Of a stretch of 64,000 nt of DNA, positions 60,210 to 64,000 are shown one piece after another. Within the stretch, counting starts at the first letter, position 1. Each line of letters begins with the position of its first letter. The notes below the pieces were generated by a model. The model worked only from the letters and a program-made list of their open reading frames with translations. It did no database searches and was not told where the DNA came from. A program made the translations under genes and the position numbers. The stretch comes from Phoronis australis (Eukaryota; Animalia; Phoronida). The stretch covers positions 912,990-976,989 of the forward strand of contig NMRA01000069.1 of the NCBI GenBank assembly GCA_002633005.1, given 5' to 3'.

Positions 60210-62727
60210 CGATAGTTAAATCTTTTATTTCGTAATGATCACTATGCTTTAACTTACTTCTTGAACCATTTCAACATTTTCACACAGTCATTCGGTAGTT
60301 AAACGTTTGCTTGTGTACAAGTTAGGATGCACGACCGGAATTCTTTCAACGATCATAAATAATGAGTAAAAAGAAATCAAAAAGGAAGAACTGAAGATTC
60401 ACTCATTATATCGAACAAGAAAACAGTGAAAAGCAACTCTCATAGTTCCAAGTTTAAGTAATCTACTATAGGTGGCAAAGTGTAGTTAGACAAGTGCAAC
60501 TACGGCCAATTTAGCGCACTCCCTATAGTTGGCCATGTAGGCAGGTTTGGCGGCAATTTTGAGGTATGTATTACTGTATATTAGGTTTTGTGAACACGAG
60601 TTGTTTGTATTTGTGCTATGAATGATAAACGCCTACTAATTCGGCTGCAGATACACTTTTCTTCAAAATGGCAGCCCAGGTAGCAGTTTTTGACATGAAC
60701 CAGCAGCGAGTTTAGGTAGCCCTCAAACAATCCATCAATGCAAAAAACATCGTATTGAGAACACTTTGGACCAGAAATGTGGGATCTGTGGAAAGTTTGC
60801 CAACCGTTTGTAGGGAAGTAGTGGTTCATTTGGGCTGAAAACTGTCAACTACCTTTTTCTGGTGTTAAAGCAAACCTGAATTGAGACGTTGTATTTGCAA
60901 TGACTGTATGGGAGGAGGGAGTGTCACCCGTCCCCCCTCATGATTACGCGAGAGCGTGACCTAACTTAATCAGGCTTCTTATCTTAATGTTCCATACCCA
61001 TTCAAAGACACATGGACATAGTGTCTCTATAGGGGCGGAATAGTCAAGAATATGTGCACTTACCTACAGGCGAGGGAGTTCTCTATATCAGATTAGAAAG
61101 TTTTCAGTGGCTCCTACTCAGCGGCCGTAAGCAAAATCATGTACCACTAAGTCCCGACACTGGCACGATTTTTTGTGCACACTGCGACAGGAAGTCGATC
61201 TCGACCGTAATTCATAGCTACTTAGCCATGTGCGGACTATTTCCAATAGCTTTGCATATTTACATTCAACAATATATTTTAAAACACGTCTGTACTGGCA
61301 TTACACATAGAAAATTATCACACTAGTATTTACAATGAAAATTTCTACAATATATGTATAAAACAGTAAACTGATGTACAAATAAGTCAAGCAAGGAGCA
61401 CTCGGGACATTTTCTTCAATACTTCAAAAGTTCTAAGCTACGCCAAAGCCCGTGAGCACCGAACTTGACTTGAGACTCGACCCGATGACAGGCTCATCAG
61501 GCCACTGGAAATCTGTAGTCCAGGGACCAGGCTCCTCAAAACCAACGTACGCCGAGAGACCTGGAACAGTTTGAGCACTAGCTGTCGAGCAGTCTCAAGT
61601 AAATTTTGATAGCCCACGTGACTAATAATCAAACTATCGACAGTAACATTACAAGTAATTAAAAGTGTATGTATGCTAATCCATTCGTCAGCCTTTGCAT
61701 TAGCCGTGCACTCTTGAATAAGCATATTAATAAATGCATAGACAAGATGATTAATCAACCAAACAACGGGCGTGATATTTTTAGACCACAAGTGTGATCA
61801 CGTGTTTCGCGTAGACTTGCGTGATTGCGCTTTTCTCGCAACAAACTTTTCCTGAAACGCAGCTCGAGGGTGAACGTAAAGGCTTTGGAAAACGACCCGC
61901 GCCGTATATGACTGTCATCGTAACCGACCGGAAACTAAAAATGATTTTCAGTATTTCAAGGTTAGAAGCTAAAATTGATAGCTAAAATAAAACACTCGTG
62001 CATTACACAACCTGGGTCGGCGTGGTTCCGCATAACATTGCAACAGGAAAGTTCAAACGCGACGTACATTTCAGAAAAACATGATCGCCGACTGAGACTG
62101 ACAGTGTAATTTGGCACTGCTGCCAAGCACAACGATAGCTCCATCTAGTGGTTTAACTGGAATCAAGGCAGTCACTCATGGTAAAATAATGTGATTGCAC
62201 ATGGCTTTTGATTTAAGCAATGTTTCACAAATGTTTGACAGAATGGCTTAAAATGGAAACATTACGGTTTCTCCGACGCATGCCTGAAAAGATGAATTGT
62301 GGGAAATCCTTCTTTAGTTCTCGAAATCTGGTAACAACTGAAGAAGAAGATTTTTCACAATACATTGTGCATTCATCAAGTAATTCTAAAATTAATCACG
62401 CTTTAGGTCAAGAAACAAGATTTGGAGCATTTACCGACAGCAAATTTTGAACAATACGCTTGGAAACGATGTAATCTCCAATTTACGAGCAACAATTTTT
62501 AGTAAAAAAACTGCTAGTTTAAACTTGTCAATAGCAATAACAACAGTTGAAATAGAACAGTAAACTAACGGAGATACACGGAAATATACCATAGTCACTC
62601 GGTAACATAACTACGTATTGGTCAGTTTCGTCAAATTTTCAACGCAATCTCATATGGATCATACATTACACATGTACGAGTAGTTTATGAAAGGATTAAC
62701 AAATCTAGCGTTTTTAATGTACACATT

Positions 62728-62886
62728 GGGGGCCCAGTTGCATAAAGGTTATACGACGTATAGCAACAATGACGTCGCATTATCACGCGTCACGTTGTTA
62801 TTGGTGAACAATCCGCCTGACGTCATGCAACAATGAAACTTATCTAGCGGATAACTTATGAAGCGTAATAATGCAACCCAGCCCTG
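62728..62886. mobile_element. Harbinger-like MITE (relative at about 21211-21357)
   Basis: GGGGCCCAGTTGCATAAAG ... ATGCAACCCAGCCC; shares agcaacaatgac and tatcYagcRgataa with 21211-21357. Confidence 0.6.
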
Positions 62887-63505
62887 GTCTCACCGCAACA
62901 CACGTGTAAATTAAAGCAGTTATTTACCGGCGTTCCGTTTAATAAGCAGACATTTGATTAATTAGACCACGTTCCGCTGGTGACGACCTGTTACTCACTC
63001 GGATAAGGAATGATTTCCGAGTCTTGCAAGGAACTAGGTGACAGCTCGTATATTGCTCGAGACCACCAATAAAATGACACGCGGTGACAATTCCAACTTG
63101 TAGGGGGCGCTCTTAAGCTGTGGGTTCTTTCAAAGCCCAGAAATTGCATTTATTTTGACTAAGGGACAATTTGTGACCACTATCATAACGGGTATGGATC
63201 AAAATCAATTGTTTTTTGTGACGGAAAGCCAGTTTATAACCGCATAAACTATAACATAACAAGATCTAGCGTGACGCAGATAGTTCTCGGTACAAAGCAC
63301 GAGAGTATTGAATGGAAAATTGCTGACTAGAATTACGTTCTCCAACACGGAGCTTCTCACACTTGAGAAGCAAAACATATGAACAATATAAAACGTATGT
63401 AAAATGGCTGCTCTTGATTGTCTTCGCCAGTCCCGCCGGTTCAAGCGGCAACGACGTCTTAATGCTCTGAAAGCCGGCCGGAAGTCATCATCGAGAGCTA
63501 AGCAG

Positions 63506-63654
63506 CCTCCCGTTCAGTAACACTAGTACCTCTCTAAAAGCAATATTTCGCGGGACTTCGTGAAATATTGCCGTGTATATTGAATAAGAACAAGTGACTT
63601 CGGCAAGATTTTTGCTAGGTCCTTGCTTAGGACTTAGCGCTACTGAACGCACGC
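63506..63654 (+). mobile_element. Harbinger-like MITE, CAG TSD (copy 2)
   Basis: cag|CCTCCCGTTCAGTAAC...CTACTGAACGCACGC|cag. Confidence 0.78.
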
Positions 63655-64000
63655 CAGGTGTCGTAGCTGGTTGATACGGCGCAACCGGATAAGTCAATCA
63701 AATGTGCCCATTGTCAAACGATTTGCATTTTATTTTTGTAACGAGAATGCGTACACAATTGTCCACCGAAATCGCTTCTAATTGTGTATTTGGTTGGTAA
63801 CATACGTACATAATGCAAGGCAAAAACTGACAATCTGACATAGTACAGACTCGTTCGTGCGAGTTTTTCTGTGGATCTTTAGGGAATCACCGTGTGTACT
63901 GAAGCGACTAAAACTTCTGCAAGAAGAATTTCCGAAGAAAGACTCGCATGAACATACCTGTAAATGAATAAAGATGTCAACGAATAAGTAACAGTTTTGT

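Noticed and set aside
62220-62450. ORF starting FHKCLTEWLK that resembles a RING-H2 fragment
   Set aside because: The other zinc ligands and supporting splice structure are missing.

Overview
Animal genomic DNA (AT-rich, spliceosomal GT-AG introns, assembly gaps, transposon-rich). It looks like a marine invertebrate, but the taxon is an inference. Three protein-coding genes are supported. (1) A complete 14-exon MAN1/LEMD3 inner-nuclear-membrane gene on the minus strand (26576->9461, about 722 aa: LEM, TM1, lumenal domain, TM2, winged helix, UHM/RRM), reconstructed by hand with consistent splice phases. (2) A RING/B-box/coiled-coil/NHL (TRIM-NHL) gene with a single coding exon (46397-48367). 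(3) An intronless, divergent FUN14-domain (FUNDC-like) gene (60133->59744). The rest is mostly transposon-derived: TTAA-flanked Kolobok-type elements (three with THAP remnants), a decayed Ty3/Gypsy element with ~110-bp LTRs nested in one of them, and Harbinger-, hAT- and pogo-like MITEs, foldback hairpins and tRNA-derived SINE-like remnants. The two most notable observations are a tandem MITE pair inserted in frame (153 bp, GACCA duplication) inside the TRIM-NHL coding sequence, and a minisatellite of duplicated 5' splice sites at the LEMD3 winged-helix/UHM boundary that could yield a LEM2-like isoform without the UHM. No CRISPR array, rRNA or intact tRNA was seen, and I found no convincing multi-gene novel system.
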